The notes: a model not told the origin generated them from the letters alone. 64,000 nucleotides of DNA from Candidatus Spongiisociaceae bacterium (GCA_965219685.1 CBDCOH010000002.1:2560001-2624000), one strand, 5' to 3'. Shown: positions 49,820 through 61,012, numbered from the stretch's first letter. Program-made: numbers and translations.

Positions 49820-51208
49820 ATGGAACTCGCGCAACGTAATCGTGTCTTCACGAAGTCCGGAATCGCGGCGGTCGTCGTTCTCACGCTCGGACTGCTATTC
49901 CTCCGACCATTGGTAGTACACGCCGCCGGCTTGGTAGAGGGAGAGACCCAGTTCGTCCTCAACACCTTCGCCTTCCTCGTGTGGGGCGCGCTGGTGATGT
50001 GGATGTGTGCCGGTTTCACGATGCTGGAATCCGGCGCGGTCCGGACGAAGAACGCCTCGATGATCTGCCTGAAGAACATCGGCATCTACTCGATCGCCGG
50101 ACTGGCCTACTTCATTCTCGGCTACAACCTCATGTACGTGGACGTGGGTGGATTCATCGGTAAGTTCACCATCTTCTACGGGTCCTCGGTGAGTGAACTC
50201 GCCCTCCTGGACGGAGCGGCGGGGGCGGCCTCGGAGGTGGTTGGCAACGGGTATGCGGTGATGTCCGACTGGTTCTTCCAGATGGTCTTCGTCGCAACCA
50301 CTGCCTCCATCGTGTCGGGCGCTATCGCCGAGCGGGTCAAGATGTGGTCGTTCTTCCTGTTCACGCTGATCCTGACCGCGGTCCTCTACCCGATCATCGG
50401 CGCTTGGACCTGGGGAGAAGGCTGGCTGTACGAGATGGGGTTCGTGGACTTCGCCGGCTCCACCATCGTCCACAGTACCGGCGGATGGGCGGCCCTGGCC
50501 GGGCTGATCGTCATCGGGCCCAGGCTCGGAAAGTTCCGGAAGGATGGCTCCGTCAAGCCGACTCCCCCGTCCAACGTGCTGGTGGTGACCCTCGGGGTCT
50601 TCATCCTCTGGCTGGGATGGTTCGGGTTCAACGGCGGCTCGCAACTGGCGCTCGGAAGCGCGCTCGACGCGGTGGCCATGAGCAACGTGCTCGTCAACAC
50701 GAACCTGGCTGCGGCTGCCGGTGTCGTGGCCGCCCTCGCCGTCTCACGGCCCCTCCTGGGCAACATGGACCTGTTCGCCGGTCTGAACGGGGCGATCGCC
50801 GGCCTGGTGTCGATCACCGCCGGCCCGAACGTCAACGACCACTGGTGGGCGATCATTATCGGCGCCATCGGCGGCGTGCTGTGCACGGCGGGCATCAAGT
50901 GGCTGACGCAACTGAAGATCGACGACGTGGTGGGGGCGGTTCCTGCTCACCTGTTGTGCGGCATCTGGGGAACCCTGGCAGCCAGCATCGCGGCGGGCGC
51001 ACAGCTCGGGGTGCAGATCGTCGGCATCCTCGCAGTCGGAGCGTTCGCATTCATCGCCTCCTACATCGTGTGGCGTCTGATCGATATGACGGTCGGGCTG
51101 CGGGTGTCGAAGCAGGTCGAGCGGATGGGCCAGGACAGCGGCGAACTGGGGATCGAGGCATATCCCGAGTTCGTGCTCATGCCCGAAGAATTCGGCGACG
51201 AGGACTAG
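49820..51208 (+). CDS. amt: Ammonium transporter
   Basis: GFTMLESG, FFQMVF, IVSGAIAER, DFAGSTIVH, LWLGWFGFNGGS and IDDVVGA.PAH. Confidence 0.96.
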   Translation: MELAQRNRVFTKSGIAAVVVLTLGLLFLRPLVVHAAGLVEGETQFVLNTFAFLVWGALVMWMCAGFTMLESGAVRTKNASMICLKNIGIYSIAGLAYFILGYNLMYVDVGGFIGKFTIFYGSSVSELALLDGAAGAASEVVGNGYAVMSDWFFQMVFVATTASIVSGAIAERVKMWSFFLFTLILTAVLYPIIGAWTWGEGWLYEMGFVDFAGSTIVHSTGGWAALAGLIVIGPRLGKFRKDGSVKPTPPSNVLVVTLGVFILWLGWFGFNGGSQLALGSALDAVAMSNVLVNTNLAAAAGVVAALAVSRPLLGNMDLFAGLNGAIAGLVSITAGPNVNDHWWAIIIGAIGGVLCTAGIKWLTQLKIDDVVGAVPAHLLCGIWGTLAASIAAGAQLGVQIVGILAVGAFAFIASYIVWRLIDMTVGLRVSKQVERMGQDSGELGIEAYPEFVLMPEEFGDED

Positions 51209-51226
51209 GAACGGTACACCCGTCCC

Positions 51227-51275
51227 GGATCCCCTACGGAGCGCCCCGCCGGCGCCCGTAGGGGATCCTTCTTTT
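51227..51275 (+). terminator. Intrinsic terminator after amt
   Basis: GGATCCCCTACGG...CCGTAGGGGATCC 13-bp perfect stem (plus inner GCGCC/GGCGC), followed by TTCTTTT. Confidence 0.85.
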
Positions 51276-51341
51276 CGAGCCCCGTACGAACGCACTAGCC
51301 GAGCTAGCTAAGGGATCTAACCACCGATTATCAACTAGCAA

Positions 51342-52319
51342 CTAGGGAATGAGTACAACCTTGCCGGTGACTTCACGGTTCGCGATGGCCGAGAGGGCCT
51401 CGGTGGCGGACTCCAGGGGGAAGCGAGCGGAGATGCGGGGTTCGATTACTCCTCTGGCCGTCCACTCGAGCAGCCTGGCGAAGTTAGCGCGGTTTCCCTC
51501 CGGATCACGGTCCGCGTAGGCACCCCAGAACACTCCCACGATCGAGGATCCCTTGAGCAGGGGAAGGTTCGTCGGGGCCTTGGGGATCCGGCCCGACGTG
51601 AAGCCCACCACCAGGATCCTGCCCTCCCAGTTGACACAGCGCAGGCACTCCAGGAAGGTGTCGCCACCCACCGGGTCGTAGATGACGTCGGCGCCGACCC
51701 CTCCGGTCAGTTCCTTGGTTCGCTCCTTTAGCGACTCGACGCTGTAATTGATGGTCTCGTCGGCACCGAGGTCCGTGGCCACCCGGGCCTTGGCGTCCGA
51801 GCTGACCGCGGCGATCACGCGGGCCCCAAGGGCCTTTCCGATCTGGATGGCTGCTGAACCCACCCCGCCCGTGGCCCCGGTTATCAGCAGGTTCTCACCC
51901 GGAGCCATACGGGCGCGGTCGACCAGGGCGTGGTACCCGGTCCCGTAGGTTAGCGCCATACACGCCCCCTGCTCCATGGTGACCGCATCCGGAAGGGCGA
52001 ACGTCCTGTCCGCCGGCACTACGAACTGCTCCGCCATTGCGCCCGACAGAAGGTTGAATCCCATCACGCGGTCGCCCACGGAGAGGTGGGTGACCTCTCC
52101 ACCCAACGCAAGGACCCTGCCGGCCGCCTCGGCGCCTGCCACGAAGGGGAGGCGGGGACGGTCCTGGTAGAGACCGCCGATCATCAGGATGTCGGGGAAG
52201 TTCAGCCCGACCGCTTCAACCCCGATCAGGACGTCGCCCGGCCCGGGTACCGGAGGATCGACGTCCTCGTAACGCAGTCCCTCGATCGGACCGAACTCGT
52301 GGACCATCTGGGCCTTCAT
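51342..52319 (-). CDS. NADPH:quinone oxidoreductase family (MDR, zeta-crystallin-like)
   Basis: GLNFPD..GLYQ, G.EAAG, GATGGVG, DVIYDPVGG and TGKVVL. Confidence 0.92.
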   Translation of the reverse strand: MKAQMVHEFGPIEGLRYEDVDPPVPGPGDVLIGVEAVGLNFPDILMIGGLYQDRPRLPFVAGAEAAGRVLALGGEVTHLSVGDRVMGFNLLSGAMAEQFVVPADRTFALPDAVTMEQGACMALTYGTGYHALVDRARMAPGENLLITGATGGVGSAAIQIGKALGARVIAAVSSDAKARVATDLGADETINYSVESLKERTKELTGGVGADVIYDPVGGDTFLECLRCVNWEGRILVVGFTSGRIPKAPTNLPLLKGSSIVGVFWGAYADRDPEGNRANFARLLEWTARGVIEPRISARFPLESATEALSAIANREVTGKVVLIP

Positions 52320-52556
52320 GCCTTCTCCTTTGCGAGCTTGGGGCGCCGTTGGTACGGATTGAGAGGATACCGGCAGCGCGCTACTCCCATCTCACCCGGG
52401 GTCGGTTCGACCCGAAGGCCCACGGCCACATCCCTCAGGAATACCTTGAACATGCAACTGCGACTCATCGGTCGCTCAGGTGCCTTAACGAGGATAGGAT
52501 GAATGTCATGATTGTTTCAGTTGTCTTATAACACGGCACGCAACTAAACTCGTCGC

Positions 52557-53129
52557 ATGGACACGATCTCCCTCATCGATCTGGGCCCGGTGATCGCAGC
52601 CGTTCTCGGCCCGATGCTCGCTTTCGTCGCGGTGTCGATGCGCTATCAGCATGTCGACGGAACCAAGACCCGCCAACTGATCACGGACTCCGAGAAGGAA
52701 GCCCGCGGCCTGGCGGCGAACTCCCGGGAAGAAACCCGCCAACTGATCGCCAACTCCAAGGAAGAGACCCGCGAGCTCATTGCCAACTCCGAGATGGAAA
52801 CCCGCCAACTGATCGATCAATCGAACAAAGACACCCGCCAACTGATCGAGCGATCGAACAAAGACACCCGCCAACTGATCGATCAATCGAACAAAGACAC
52901 CCGCCAACTGATCGATCAATCGAACAAGGAGACTCTGGAAGCCGCACGCGAATTGATCGATGGGATCGCCGCCGGGCTAGCCGAACACCGGCGCGAGACC
53001 AGAGAGGGCTTCAGGGAGGTGAACAGAAGCTTGGCTGACACCCGTGAGAGGCTTGCCCGCATCGAGGGGCATCTCGGCATCGGGATGCCCCTGCCAAGGC
53101 CAGACGGGAACGCAGCCGACGCCGCGTAG
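52557..53129 (+). CDS. Membrane-anchored coiled-coil protein with eight 11-aa repeats
   Basis: N-terminal hydrophobic helix, TRQLIDQSNKD-type repeats and C-terminal ERLARIEG. TTGTCT-N18-TAAACT promoter 6 nt before the ATG. Confidence 0.85.
   Translation: MDTISLIDLGPVIAAVLGPMLAFVAVSMRYQHVDGTKTRQLITDSEKEARGLAANSREETRQLIANSKEETRELIANSEMETRQLIDQSNKDTRQLIERSNKDTRQLIDQSNKDTRQLIDQSNKETLEAARELIDGIAAGLAEHRRETREGFREVNRSLADTRERLARIEGHLGIGMPLPRPDGNAADAA
52668..52931 (+). repeat. Coding tandem repeat, 8 x 33 nt
   Basis: Unit ACCCGCCAACTGATCGATCAATCGAACAAAGAC. The last four copies are nearly identical. Confidence 0.92.
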
Positions 53130-53153
53130 CGCATACGCGCCACAACCAGGCAA

Positions 53154-54299
53154 CTAATACAGGAACATAGGCTTGCCGGCCACGGCTCTGATGTCGGGCC
53201 GGTAGTTCTCGGCATCGTAGAAGGCGTCCACGTCCACGGTCCGCGCCCCCTCCGCCAGCACTGATAGGTGCCGAGTCGTATAGGCGCCGCCCTCAATGGC
53301 GACCATATGCCCGCTGGTGCCGGAGAGCATCAACTCGGCCGCCATCGTGCCGAAGTTGAACCCGACCATCAGGTCGAGGACATCCGGAGGACCGCTACGC
53401 ATGAGATAGGCGACCCGCTGGTTCATGATGCCTATGCCGGTGATCTGTTTGATCAGGCTGCCGGTCATTTCCCCGATCCCGCCCAGCTTGCGGTGACCGT
53501 AGGCGTCGGCCTCTCCCGATTCGACCCGATCCCCACCGGTGAGCGAGGCACCCTCGGAGACGACCACCACTGCGTACCGGCTGGGGTTGGCCTGCCGGTC
53601 AGCCACCACCATCGCGGCCAGGCGCTCGATGTCGAACGGCACTTCGGCTATCAGGGTCCGGTCGGCCGATCCGAGATAGCCGGCCGCCAGGCTGGTAGCT
53701 CCCGAGTAGCGCCCGAACAACTCGACCACGGCCACCCGCTCGTGGCTCCCGACTGCGCTCCGGAGGTTGTTGATGAAACCGACCGATCGCGTGACCGCGG
53801 TTGAGAATCCGACGCAGTACTCGGTCCCGGGCACGTCATTGTCCATGGTCTTGGGAATCGCCACCACGGGCACGCCCTCATCATGCATGCGCAGCGCGTA
53901 CGACAAGGTGTCGTCCCCTCCGATGGCCACCAGCGCGTCGAGTCCCAGACGCTCGACGACCCGGACGGCGTGGCGGGTGAGGTCGTAGGGCGGATCGGAG
54001 GCCGGAGGGGTGATGAAAGAGGGAACGCCGCGCTCCGCCACCCGTCCTGGGTTGGTCCGGCTGCTGTGCAGGATGGTCCCGCCGGTCCGGTCGATCGCCC
54101 GGACCGCCAGGCGGTCCAACTCCATCGTGTGGACGGCGACCGAATCGCGGTCATCAGGATCGATGTTGAGAACCGCACCCCAGCCACGCCGCAGACCGAG
54201 TACGGAGTGTCCGGCCTCCCCCACCCGGGTCACGAAAGCCTTGATGACCGGATTGAGTCCCGGAACGTCGCCTCCCCCGGTAAGGATCCCTATGCGCAC
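53154..54299 (-). CDS. 6-phosphofructokinase, probably PPi-dependent
   Basis: ILTGGGDVPGLN, GGTILHSSR, IGGDDT, PKTMDND and VVVVSEGA. Confidence 0.92.
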   Translation of the reverse strand: MRIGILTGGGDVPGLNPVIKAFVTRVGEAGHSVLGLRRGWGAVLNIDPDDRDSVAVHTMELDRLAVRAIDRTGGTILHSSRTNPGRVAERGVPSFITPPASDPPYDLTRHAVRVVERLGLDALVAIGGDDTLSYALRMHDEGVPVVAIPKTMDNDVPGTEYCVGFSTAVTRSVGFINNLRSAVGSHERVAVVELFGRYSGATSLAAGYLGSADRTLIAEVPFDIERLAAMVVADRQANPSRYAVVVVSEGASLTGGDRVESGEADAYGHRKLGGIGEMTGSLIKQITGIGIMNQRVAYLMRSGPPDVLDLMVGFNFGTMAAELMLSGTSGHMVAIEGGAYTTRHLSVLAEGARTVDVDAFYDAENYRPDIRAVAGKPMFLY

Positions 54300-54434
54300 C
54301 TGTGTCTCCGTCCGTCGCTGCCGTCCCGAGCAGGAGTCGGTGGGAACACCGGACCCGCCGGGCCGTCACATCCGTTGCTTGGGCGGAACGCTACCCGATG
54401 GGATCGGGGTCCGGTACCTGGCTACTCTGACCCG

Positions 54435-54842
54435 GTGAAGCTCTTGAACCTCGACCATGTGGCCATCGCGGTCCATGACCTCGATCAGGCGATCGCCGAC
54501 TACGGACGCAGGTACGGCGTATCGCCCATGCACCGCGAAGTGGTCGAGGAACAGGGGGTGGAGGAGGCGATGCTGCCCGTGGGAGGCTCGTTCGTCCAGT
54601 TGATCACCGCGCTTCGCCCGGACACGCCGGTGGGCAGGTTCCTGGAGCGTCGCGGGGAGGGCCTGCACCACATCGCCTACGCGGTGGTCGACATCGTGGC
54701 AGCCCTCGCCCATCTCGAAGCTGAGGGGGCCAGGCTGGTGGACGAGGTTCCCAGAATCGGGGGTCGAGGCGCCCAGATCGCCTTCGTCCATCCGAAAGGA
54801 GGAAACCAAACCCTCGTCGAGTTGGTCGAATACTCATTGTGA
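54435..54842 (+). CDS. mce: Methylmalonyl-CoA epimerase
   Basis: LDHVAIAV.DLD.A, EEQGVEEA, FLE.RGEGLHHIAY, IAFVHPK and LVELVE. GTG start 6 nt after TACTCT. Confidence 0.88.
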   Translation: MKLLNLDHVAIAVHDLDQAIADYGRRYGVSPMHREVVEEQGVEEAMLPVGGSFVQLITALRPDTPVGRFLERRGEGLHHIAYAVVDIVAALAHLEAEGARLVDEVPRIGGRGAQIAFVHPKGGNQTLVELVEYSL

Positions 54843-55108
54843 ACAATGGACACGCCACAGATTCCGGCGTTTGCTTCCGCATCACCGGGGGCGCCGGGCC
54901 TTACGAAGCAGCGGCTATCGCCGCCGCGATCGACCATTCGCTGGCCGAGGAGCGGAAAGTAGCCGGTCCGCCTGCCCGCAGGTTCTCGAACTGGAGGATG
55001 GTTGCGATGGGCGAGCCGTTCGTCCCACCGCGGCCCATCACCAATGGCGTGCTCAACGGCGCCGCACGATCGAGCGCGCCTCGGCCGAGCCGACCATCAG
55101 GGTCGTGA
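54839..55108 (+). CDS. Acyl-CoA carboxylase epsilon-subunit-like small protein
   Basis: RITGG...EAAAIAAAI...SNWR pattern. GTGA overlap with mce. Confidence 0.55.
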   Translation: MNNGHATDSGVCFRITGGAGPYEAAAIAAAIDHSLAEERKVAGPPARRFSNWRMVAMGEPFVPPRPITNGVLNGAARSSAPRPSRPSGS

Positions 55109-56612
55109 TCAGGTAGACCACCCCGGCGACCCCCAACCCCAGCAAGGTCGCCACCACCCCGGTCGTGAAGTCCGGTACCAGCCCGCCGGTGACCGCGTTC
55201 GCAGCCAGCCAACCGGCGACAGCGGCCAACCCGGTGGCGATGGTTACCTGTCGGACCGTTCGAGCCAACCCGGCGAGGCCCTCCGCAGAGTGGCGACGAC
55301 GCCACAGCAGACCCAGCGTGAGCGCATGTCCGGTGATCGCGAGCGAACTGGCTACCGCGATTCCCGGCACCCCGCCCGCGTGGAAGCCGATCAGGAACAT
55401 GGGAATGGCGAGAAGAGTCCAGCCTGTTCCGGCCCCCACCGGGATCCACATCTGGCGATGGGCGTAGAAGGCCCGGCCGAAGACCTGATGGACGCCCCAG
55501 GCGGGGATGCTCAGCGAGTACCCGACCAGGGCCGCGGCGGTGAGTACCGTTCCTTGCTCGCTGAACTCGCCATGCTGGAAGGCGACCCTGATCGCCGGCT
55601 GGCTGACCGCGATGGCACCGGCCACCGCCGCACCACCGGCGAATACGACCATCCGCGCCGCCCTGCCCATCGAGGCCAGCATCTCGTCGCGGCGGCCTTC
55701 AGCCACGAGACGGGCCAAGTACGGGTAAGCGGCCACCCCTGCAGCCTGGGCGATCACACCCACAGGAACCATGTTCACACGGCGGGCCAGACCCAGACTG
55801 AAGATCGACCCGTCCGGGGCTGCCGCCGCCACGAGCTTGCCGATCGACTCGTCGAGCACCACGATGGACTGCCCGATCATCAGCGGGATCGCCAGGCGGA
55901 GGTACGCCCGGAACTCGGAGTGCGCGAAGTCGGGCCATCCCGCGGTCACGCGCATCCCCGTCCGGCGAGCCCCCCACCATTGCAGGGCCAGGTTGCCGAC
56001 CAGAGCCCCACCCAGCGCTCCGAGGATGAATCCGGTGGCGGCCACCTCACCCGACCCGGTTCCGACCAGGCCACCAACGATTATCCCCGCGTTGTAGATG
56101 ATGGGAGCCAGGACGGGGATGAGAAACCGCCCGTGGGCGTACTGAACGGCCATGAACAACCCGCCGAGCACGAAGAAGACCTGAGCAGGCAGGACCAACC
56201 GGGTGAGGCGGGTCACCTCAACCAACTGATCGGCGTCCAACCGACCGCCAGACCCGAACAGCACCTCGACGATGACCTCCGCAGCAGCCACAGCCAACCC
56301 GGTCAGGATGACGATCAATACCGCGACCGGGCGGAAGACCGCGTTGAACGCAGCACGCGCACCCTCGATGTCGTCGGCGGCGAGATAGCGGCTCAGGATC
56401 GGAATGAAGGTGATAGCCAGAAAACCCCCGGCCATCAGATAGTTGAGAAAGTCGGGAACGATGAAGGCAGCCTCGTAGGCGTCGGCCACCGGCGTGTCAC
56501 CTAGGCGGTTGGCCAGAACCACGTTGCGGGCGAACCCGAGCAGGCGGGACAGGAGGATCCCGGCTGCCACTACCTGCACGGCTCGGGTCATGCCCCTGGT
56601 GGCCCAGATCAT
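55053..56612 (-). CDS. murJ: Lipid II flippase MurJ (MviN)
   Basis: [24 protein letters not shown]...FIP, AP.IYN and R.FYA. ATGA overlap with the PHP gene. Confidence 0.92.
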   Translation of the reverse strand: MIWATRGMTRAVQVVAAGILLSRLLGFARNVVLANRLGDTPVADAYEAAFIVPDFLNYLMAGGFLAITFIPILSRYLAADDIEGARAAFNAVFRPVAVLIVILTGLAVAAAEVIVEVLFGSGGRLDADQLVEVTRLTRLVLPAQVFFVLGGLFMAVQYAHGRFLIPVLAPIIYNAGIIVGGLVGTGSGEVAATGFILGALGGALVGNLALQWWGARRTGMRVTAGWPDFAHSEFRAYLRLAIPLMIGQSIVVLDESIGKLVAAAAPDGSIFSLGLARRVNMVPVGVIAQAAGVAAYPYLARLVAEGRRDEMLASMGRAARMVVFAGGAAVAGAIAVSQPAIRVAFQHGEFSEQGTVLTAAALVGYSLSIPAWGVHQVFGRAFYAHRQMWIPVGAGTGWTLLAIPMFLIGFHAGGVPGIAVASSLAITGHALTLGLLWRRRHSAEGLAGLARTVRQVTIATGLAAVAGWLAANAVTGGLVPDFTTGVVATLLGLGVAGVVYLITTLMVGSAEARSIVRRR

Positions 56613-57451
56613 GGGATCCGGTCTCGGAGTGCCTCGAGTACCCGGTCCGGAACCTCCAGATCCCCCCTTCCGACACCCACCCCGATACCCGGCTTGTAAT
56701 CCCCGTGGAAGTCCGACCCGCCCGAAGGCAGCAACCCGAAGGATCGGACCGATCGCTCCAGTTGTCTGCGCATTGCGCTGTCGTACTCGCTGTAGAAGCA
56801 CTCGACACCGACCAACCCCATCCCCGCCAGCCATCGGTAGGTGGCTTCGTACTCCCCTGTACTGTCCAGGCCGAGAGTGTGGGGATGGGCCAGGACCGGT
56901 ACGGCCCCGGAGCGGCGGGCCATTGCGATCGCCTCCTCGGGAGACAACAAGCGGCGGGGCGCGTAGGCCGGTTTGCCAGCCCCCAGGTACTCCCGGAATG
57001 CCGTGGAGATATCCGGAACGTACCCCTTCCGCTTCATCACCGCGGCGAAATGAGGACGGCCGACGCTACCTCTCCCCGCCTCGGCCAGAACCTCCGGGTA
57101 GTCGATGTCGAGACCGAGGTCGCTCAGCCGCCGGGCAATGTCCCGATTCCGTCGATGGCGCGCTTCGCGCAGGTCCGCCAGCCGGTCCTGAAGGGGTCCC
57201 CGGCCGGGCTCCAGGAACAGGACCACCACGTGCAGGCCTCCCCGATCCCACTCGCAGGACAACTCGGTCCCGGGTATCAACTCGATCCCGTGCCGCGCGG
57301 CCTCCGATCGCGCTTCCCCTACTCCCTCGAGCGTGTCGTGGTCGGTGAGCGCAACGGCCGACAGCCCGGCGCGGGCCGCCAGCCTCACCACCTCCGAAGG
57401 CGGCTCGGTTCCATCCGACGCGGTCGAGTGAGCATGGAGATCGACAGCCAT
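56609..57451 (-). CDS. PHP-domain metal-dependent phosphoesterase (TrpH/YciV-like)
   Basis: [32 protein letters not shown] and GGSDFHG. Confidence 0.93.
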   Translation of the reverse strand: MAVDLHAHSTASDGTEPPSEVVRLAARAGLSAVALTDHDTLEGVGEARSEAARHGIELIPGTELSCEWDRGGLHVVVLFLEPGRGPLQDRLADLREARHRRNRDIARRLSDLGLDIDYPEVLAEAGRGSVGRPHFAAVMKRKGYVPDISTAFREYLGAGKPAYAPRRLLSPEEAIAMARRSGAVPVLAHPHTLGLDSTGEYEATYRWLAGMGLVGVECFYSEYDSAMRRQLERSVRSFGLLPSGGSDFHGDYKPGIGVGVGRGDLEVPDRVLEALRDRIP

Positions 57452-57505
57452 CCCCTCGGGAGGCTAACCCCCGGCAACCGGTATCAACGGAACAAGGGGT
57501 CCGGT

Positions 57506-57739
57506 TCAGCCGTCCGGAGTGGTTACGTCGGTCACCGAAGGCTGCACCGGTGCCGGATCGGCGGGTTGGTCACCACCGGTGACCAGGTTTCCGATCACGA
57601 AGACCACCACCAGGATGGCCGCTATGACCAGCCCGTTGACTATGCGGCGGCGCCACTTGGCGCGGCGGGCGGCACGCCGCTCCGCCTCGAGCCGCGCTTG
57701 GCGGTTCTGCTTCTGGCGTGCTCGTTTCTCACTGCCCAT
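57506..57739 (-). CDS. Small basic single-pass membrane protein
   Basis: Arg-rich helix, one TM segment and a Pro/Thr tail. TAGAAT lies upstream of the ATG. Confidence 0.7.
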   Translation of the reverse strand: MGSEKRARQKQNRQARLEAERRAARRAKWRRRIVNGLVIAAILVVVFVIGNLVTGGDQPADPAPVQPSVTDVTTPDG

Positions 57740-57853
57740 GCAGCCACTATTCTAGGGGTGCTGTTGCGGAGCCGGAACTTCGGGCCGTGTGCAGTGCCCG
57801 CGGTGCGGTGCGCGACGGCAGCCTTCAAACTGTTCCCCCCGGGATCCGAACTC

Positions 57854-59092
57854 ATGTCCTTGCTCGTCCAGAAATACGGTGGCACCTCGGTGGCCGACCC
57901 CCAGCGCATCCGGCACGTTGCTCGACGTGTCGCCAGGACGCGCCGCGCCGGCAACGACGTGATCGTGGTCGTGTCCGCGATGGGCAAGTCGACCGACGAC
58001 CTCATCTCGCTTGCCCACCAGGTCAACCGCCAACCACCCGCCCGCGAGATGGACATGCTCCTGACCGCCGGCGAACGGATATCGATGGCCTTGCTCGCGA
58101 TGGCGCTGCACCGCGAGGGAACACCGGCACTGAGCCTCACCGGCTCGCAAGCCGGCATCCTCACCGACGCCGCTCACGGGGAGGCGAAGATCACCGAGAT
58201 CCGCGGCACCCGGGTCCGTGACGGGCTGCAAGACGGCAAGGTGGTGATCGTTGCCGGATTCCAGGGTGTGGATCCCGCGTCCAAGGAGGTGACCACGCTC
58301 GGAAGGGGAGGGTCCGACGCGACGGCAGTGGCGCTGGCATCCGCCCACCGCGCTGACACCTGCGAGATATACACCGATGTCAACGGGATCTACACCGCCG
58401 ACCCCCGGGTCGTATCCGGCGCACGGAAGTTGGACGAGGTGTCGTTCGACGAGATGCTCGAGCTTGCGGCCGGCGGCGCGGGAGTGCTCATGGCCCGATC
58501 CGTCGAGGTGGGCCGCAGATTTGGCGTACCGATCCACGTCCGTTCATCCTTCGCGGAGGACGAGGGCACATGGGTCAAGGAGAGAACTATGGAAGAGGCG
58601 ATCATCAGGGGCGTCGCGCACGACACCTCGGAAGCCAAGGTAACGATCCGGGGAGTGCCGGACCGTCCGGGAGTTGCGGCTGCCCTATTCGAAACACTGG
58701 CAGATGCCCGCGTCAACGTCGACATGATCGTGCAGAATGTCGGGGAGGATGGAAGTACGGACATCAGCTTCACGGTCCCCGAGTCCCATGCTGGTGCAGC
58801 TTCCCGTGCCACCGATCCTTTGGTGGAGGAGTTGGGCGCCCACGGGTTTGCGGTCGACTCCGAGATCGCCAAGGTGTCGCTGGTCGGCGCCGGCATGAAG
58901 TCCAGTCCCGGCGTGGCTGCGCGCGTGTTCCGTGCTCTCGCCAATGCTCGCATAAACATCGAGATGATCTCCACCTCCCCGATCCGGATCTCCTGCGTGG
59001 TCCGCCGGGAGTGTGTCGAACCGGCCGTCAGGGCACTACACACCGAGTTCGATCCTCCGGTGATCACCGAGGAGGTGGGCGCAGATGCCTGA
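57854..59092 (+). CDS. lysC: Aspartate kinase
   Basis: [42 protein letters not shown] and two ACT domains. Start at ATG 57854. Confidence 0.96.
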   Translation: MSLLVQKYGGTSVADPQRIRHVARRVARTRRAGNDVIVVVSAMGKSTDDLISLAHQVNRQPPAREMDMLLTAGERISMALLAMALHREGTPALSLTGSQAGILTDAAHGEAKITEIRGTRVRDGLQDGKVVIVAGFQGVDPASKEVTTLGRGGSDATAVALASAHRADTCEIYTDVNGIYTADPRVVSGARKLDEVSFDEMLELAAGGAGVLMARSVEVGRRFGVPIHVRSSFAEDEGTWVKERTMEEAIIRGVAHDTSEAKVTIRGVPDRPGVAAALFETLADARVNVDMIVQNVGEDGSTDISFTVPESHAGAASRATDPLVEELGAHGFAVDSEIAKVSLVGAGMKSSPGVAARVFRALANARINIEMISTSPIRISCVVRRECVEPAVRALHTEFDPPVITEEVGADA

Positions 59093-60104
59093 CTCCCCCC
59101 GTATCGCAGTCGTCGGAGCTACCGGCGCGGTGGGCCGGACCATGATTGCCATCCTCGAAGAGCGGAACCTCCCGGTCGCCCAGCTCCGGCTGATGGCCTC
59201 CGAGCGCTCCGCCGGGACCGTGGTGAACACGCGCTGGGGGGAGGTGACGGTCGAGCAACTCGACGAGGCCGACCCCTCCGGGATCGATATCGCTCTGTTC
59301 TCGGCCGGCGCGGCGCGCAGTCGCCGGCACGCGCCCGCCTTTACCGCCGCGGGAGCGGTGGTCGTCGACAACTCCTCGGCCTTCCGCCAGGATCCTGGCG
59401 TGCCTCTGGTGGTGGCGGGGGTAAATGACCACGCCGTAGCCTCGCATGACGGCGTCATCGCCAACCCAAACTGCACCACCATGACGCTCATGATGGCCGC
59501 CGGTCCCCTCCACCGCCACGCCGGCCTGGCGAGGATGGTGGCCATGTCCTACCAGTCGGTGTCGGGTGCGGGGATGAGCGGGATGGATGCCCTCATGCAC
59601 CAGACCGGCGTCCTCATCAGCCAGCCCGAAGCCCTAGTAGCCGGAACCTGGAAGGACCCGGGAAGCGAGCCGTTCCAGCGCCCGATCGGCTTCAACGTCC
59701 TCCCGTTGGCGGGATCGATAACGGGCGCGGGTCACACCGACGAGGAGTGGAAGCTCGTGAACGAGACTCGCAAGATCCTCGAGCGTGAAGACATATCGGT
59801 GGAACCCACCTGCGTGAGGGTGCCTGTCATGGTCGGGCACGGCATCTCGGCCACCATGTGGTTCGACACTCCGCTGGATCCCGAGACCGCCCGTAAGGTG
59901 CTCGAGGAAGCACCCGGCGTGGTGCTGTGGCCCGACGACCACGTGGCGACTCCGCTGGATTCGGCCGGCGCCGACCCGGTGCTGGTGTCCCGGATCAGAC
60001 CCACTCTGGGTCAACCAGGCGGGATAAGCCTATGGACGGTGGGCGACAACCTCCGCAAGGGCGCCGCCCTCAATGCGGTCGAGATCGCCGAACTTCTCAT
60101 CTGA
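59085..60104 (+). CDS. asd: Aspartate-semialdehyde dehydrogenase
   Basis: [41 protein letters not shown] and DNLRKGAA. Confidence 0.96.
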   Translation: MPDSPRIAVVGATGAVGRTMIAILEERNLPVAQLRLMASERSAGTVVNTRWGEVTVEQLDEADPSGIDIALFSAGAARSRRHAPAFTAAGAVVVDNSSAFRQDPGVPLVVAGVNDHAVASHDGVIANPNCTTMTLMMAAGPLHRHAGLARMVAMSYQSVSGAGMSGMDALMHQTGVLISQPEALVAGTWKDPGSEPFQRPIGFNVLPLAGSITGAGHTDEEWKLVNETRKILEREDISVEPTCVRVPVMVGHGISATMWFDTPLDPETARKVLEEAPGVVLWPDDHVATPLDSAGADPVLVSRIRPTLGQPGGISLWTVGDNLRKGAALNAVEIAELLI

Positions 60105-60154
60105 TCGGCGCTCCCACAGTGCCCATCGCGGTGCTGCCGGTCTAGACTCATTCT

Positions 60155-60985
60155 ATGGATACCCCCACTCCGGCCTGGGTCTCCGGCGGAGAGTCGACCG
60201 CCGGGCCCCTCTTCCACGAGCCGTCGTTCGAGACCGTCCAAGAGCTCCGCGCCTACCGCAAACAGGTTCTGGTGACCGCGTACCGGCTGTTCGGCGCCTT
60301 CGGGTGGGGTTCACTGGGCGATGGGCACATTACGGCTCGCGACCCGGAGCAGCCCAACGCCATGTGGCTGATCCGCCATGGCGTACCCTTCCACCGGACC
60401 ACAACCTCCGACCTGGTCCTCGTAGGTCCTGATGGACGGGTCGACAGTGGGGACGCCATCAACAAGACCGCCTACTACATACATGCCCCGATACATGAGG
60501 CGCGACCTGAGGTGGTAGCAGTCGCTCACACCCACACCCCATATGCGACTCCGTGGGCCGCCAACGTGGAACCCTTCCAGATGATCTGCCAGGAAGCCAC
60601 CGCCTTCTTCGAGGACCACTCCATCTTCGAGGGTGAGGAGGTTCAGGTCTCCGACTTCGACACCGGCAAGCGTATCGCCGCCGCCCTCGGAGAGACCAAG
60701 GCGGTTCTGCTACGCAACCACGGACCGCTGACGGTGGGGTACTCGGTGGAGGAGGCGATCGGCTGGTTCCTGTTGGTGGAACGAGTGGCGGAGGTTCATG
60801 TCAAGGCCCATCGCGCCAAACCGATAAGCGACGAGTCGGCGCGGCACGCAGCCATCGAGATAGGCCACGTCGGCATGGCCCTCAACGCCTTCGAGTACGC
60901 CGTGATGTCGAAGCTTCCGGAATCCCAGATCTGGGGAGACCCTCGGGGGTCCCACACCCCGGCGTCGTTGACCCGCGGGGCCTGA
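60155..60985 (+). CDS. Class II aldolase/adducin family protein
   Basis: GHITARDP, IHAPIHEARP, AHTH and LLRNHG zinc ligands. Confidence 0.92.
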   Translation: MDTPTPAWVSGGESTAGPLFHEPSFETVQELRAYRKQVLVTAYRLFGAFGWGSLGDGHITARDPEQPNAMWLIRHGVPFHRTTTSDLVLVGPDGRVDSGDAINKTAYYIHAPIHEARPEVVAVAHTHTPYATPWAANVEPFQMICQEATAFFEDHSIFEGEEVQVSDFDTGKRIAAALGETKAVLLRNHGPLTVGYSVEEAIGWFLLVERVAEVHVKAHRAKPISDESARHAAIEIGHVGMALNAFEYAVMSKLPESQIWGDPRGSHTPASLTRGA

Positions 60986-61012
60986 ACGAGTAGTTGGTAG
61001 TTGGGGATCGGG
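60986..61012. repeat. Short heptamer repeat (TAGTTGG x2) between convergent transcripts
   Basis: gagtagttggtagttgggg, the same unit as at 8720-8760. Confidence 0.5.

Noticed and set aside
52398-52416. GGTTCGACCC T-loop-like fragment suggesting a tRNA or att-site remnant
   Set aside because: No acceptor, D or anticodon arms and no integrase nearby.
56705-57853. 383-aa N-terminal extension of aspartate kinase
   Set aside because: It is an antisense shadow of the PHP gene and the small membrane protein. The kinase begins at [10 protein letters not shown] (57854).
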